From positions 5,327,928-5,391,028 of the forward strand of contig NC_057719.1 of assembly GCF_004010195.1 (NCBI RefSeq): DNA of 63,101 nt, read 5' to 3'. Below the pieces are notes generated by a model. It saw only the letters and a list, made by a program, of their open reading frames with translations, was not told the DNA's origin and searched no databases. This document shows positions 61,001-63,101 of the stretch, piece after piece. This DNA is from Chiloscyllium plagiosum (lineage: Eukaryota). Positions within the stretch are counted from its first letter, which is position 1, and every line of letters starts with the position of its first letter. A program made the position numbers and the translations under genes.

Positions 61001-61351
61001 CTTTTGTGGATTCGACTTTTCATACCAGTAGCAACTAAAATAGCTTGCTAGCCCAAATCCTGAAGAAAATGTTAACTGTTTGGGCGAGGCTTGGCTTCGT
61101 TTGGGTTTTGCTGTGGGGTGACCTAGAGTCGCTCTGTTCTGGATATGTTCTGAGTGAGGCTCTGTAACTGTCTTCACTCATGTTGTGTTCCCCAAGCTCA
61201 GTAAGCCTCATGAGGGTGCCCACCTCCACTCGCATACACTGCAACTCTTGCTCCACTTGCTGTAATTTCTAATGACAAAGCCAGTTGTACTGCTTGTCTG
61301 AAGTTCAACTGGGCTTCAGCTAGTATGCACATTTGCATGGTTACATCATTA

Positions 61352-62232
61352 GAGTTATAGACTAATACAGCATTGGGCCCTTCAGCCCAAACTGGTCTAT
61401 GCTGACCATGGTGCCCACTCAGCTAGTTCCAAATTGCCCGCACTTAGTCCATTTTTCTCTAAACCTTTCCCATCCATGTATCTATCCAAATGTTGTTTAA
61501 ATGTTCCTATTACACCTGCTTCAACCACTTTTGCCAGCAGTCCATTCCATATATGCACCATGCTTTGCATGAAGAAGTTGCCCCTCAGGTCCTTCTTAAA
61601 TCTTTCCCCTCTCATCTTAAACCTATGCCCTCCAGCTTACAATTCCCCATCACTAGGAAAAAGACTATATGCTTTCATCCTATTGATTTTACACACCTCA
61701 GTAAGGTCACCTCTCCTACGTTCCAAGGAATAAAGTCCTATCCTGGCCAACCTCTCCCTATAACTCAGGCCTACTAGTCCTTACAAAATGCTCATAAATA
61801 TTCTTTGCACTCTTTCCAGTTTAACTATGCCTATCCTACAATAGGGTGACCAAAACTGTACACAATACACCAAGTGTGGCCTCACTAACGACTTATACAA
61901 CTGTAATATAACATCCCAACTCCTATACTCAAGGCCAGCAGGCTAAATGCCTTCTTCACCACCCTGTCTACTTGTGATGCCATTTTCAAAGAACCTCTGT
62001 CCCACAACACTCCTCAGAACCTTACCATTTACTATGTAAGTCTTACATTCATTTGACTTTCCCACATCTGTATTGAACTCCATTTGCCAATCCTCAGCCC
62101 ACTTCCCCATCTGAACAAGATCATTCCTCCTCTATCAATGATACCTCCTAATTTTGTATCACCCGCAAACCTATTAATCATGCCTCGTATATTTACATCC
62201 GGATCATTTATGTAAATAACTAATAACATTAA
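61352..62232 (-). mobile_element. CR1-like LINE fragment inserted in Gypsy gag
   Basis: RGERFKKDLRGNFF..WNGL..VVEAG..FKQHLD; NRFAGDTKLGG. Confidence 0.8.
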
Positions 62233-62770
62233 TCCTATATATTAAACAGTCTCTGTGCACCTCATTAAAGGCGAAATCAAAGTCACATGCCTCTGCCAGT
62301 CGTTTTCACCTCGTCAAAAATCCAGACGCAGATCCCCTAGTTCTTGCATTGCTGAGTAAAACCGATAGCATCTCAGAATTAGAGGTGGTTTGGGTCATAA
62401 CATTCCTTAACTAAATCTGTCAACTCTTGAAATGCTTTCGTATCTGGTGCCTCAGGCATTAGGTGCCTAATAACTGAAAAAGCTGCAGGTCCGCAAGCTG
62501 TCAGGAGAATTACTCGGTGCTTTTCATCTGTTTCAATGTCATCTGGCCAGAGAAAATAGCGCATTCTTTCCACATACTAGGCCCAGTTTTTGACAACAGG
62601 ATCGAACAAGCCTTACTTCCCAAATAATGGCATGACACCAGAAACACTTACACTAAATCAAAGATGCCTATTGCGAGCAAATCTCTTCAGGATTGTATTT
62701 TTTTCTCTCATTGCTACTGACATAACTCCACAGAGGCCGGTATCCCATCACCAAGTCACCCTTTATTTGC

Positions 62771-63080
62771 TTAGATTAGATTAGTTACAGTGTGGAAACA
62801 GGCCCTTTGGCCCAACAAGCCCACACCGACCCTCCGAAAAGCAACCGACGCAGACACATTCCCCTACATTTACCCCTTCACCTAACACTACGGGCAATTT
62901 TAGCCTGGCCAATTCACTTAACCTGCACATTTCTGGACTGTGGGAGGAAACCGGAGGAAACCCACGCAGACACAGGGAAAATGTGCAAACTCCACACAGA
63001 CAGTTGCCTGAGACAGGAATTGAACCCAGGTCTCAGGCACTGTGAGGCAGCAGTGCTAACTGCTGTGCCACTGTGCCGCC
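62771..63080 (-). mobile_element. HE1-like SINE inserted in the 5' LTR
   Basis: SINE head ends at 63080; LTR sequence resumes at 63081 (catgtgaatagtg). Confidence 0.85.
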
Positions 63081-63101
63081 CATGTGAATAGTGCTTGATA
63101 T

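Larger units (their letters stand above)
57283..63101 (-). mobile_element. Decayed Gypsy-like LTR retrotransposon (gag-pol), 5' LTR running off the window
   Basis: gag ERMRYFL..VILLTACGP..; RT AAPIVSIMKVDGSVCLCG..FTKLDLSHAYL; RNase H VLTHYDP..PIVFASQTL; ANADAISCL; ELHQAHPRVSKMK; 3' LTR 57283-57516 with TG..CA ends and adjacent purine tract; 5' LTR from 62718. Confidence 0.85.

Noticed and set aside
1..63101. CRISPR arrays, operons or other prokaryotic systems
   Set aside because: Eukaryotic intron-exon DNA; recurring short repeats are dispersed transposon termini with no regular spacer structure.

Overview
Repeat-rich vertebrate genomic DNA, almost certainly from a shark (inferred from HE1-like SINEs, CR1/HER1-like LINEs and abundant Penelope-like elements). 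The only host gene I can support is DGLUCY (mitochondrial D-glutamate cyclase) on the minus strand. I traced 11 coding exons between 53752 and the stop at 9571. All have GT-AG boundaries and consistent phases, totalling 1775 nt (about 590 codons); the 5' exon(s) are not recognisable in the window. The introns contain CR1 LINEs, SINEs, Penelope-like elements, a decayed Gypsy-like LTR element with a related solo LTR, a MITE and a 984-nt assembly gap. The most notable observation is a frameshifted ~2.8 kb stretch (about 19770-22590, minus strand) carrying parvovirus capsid motifs in the correct order and spacing, i.e. a candidate endogenous parvoviral element. Also notable are minimal hammerhead-ribozyme motifs in at least four distinct Penelope terminal-repeat families and a ~1.4 kb imperfect palindrome. 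All homology calls come from motif recognition by eye and need database confirmation.
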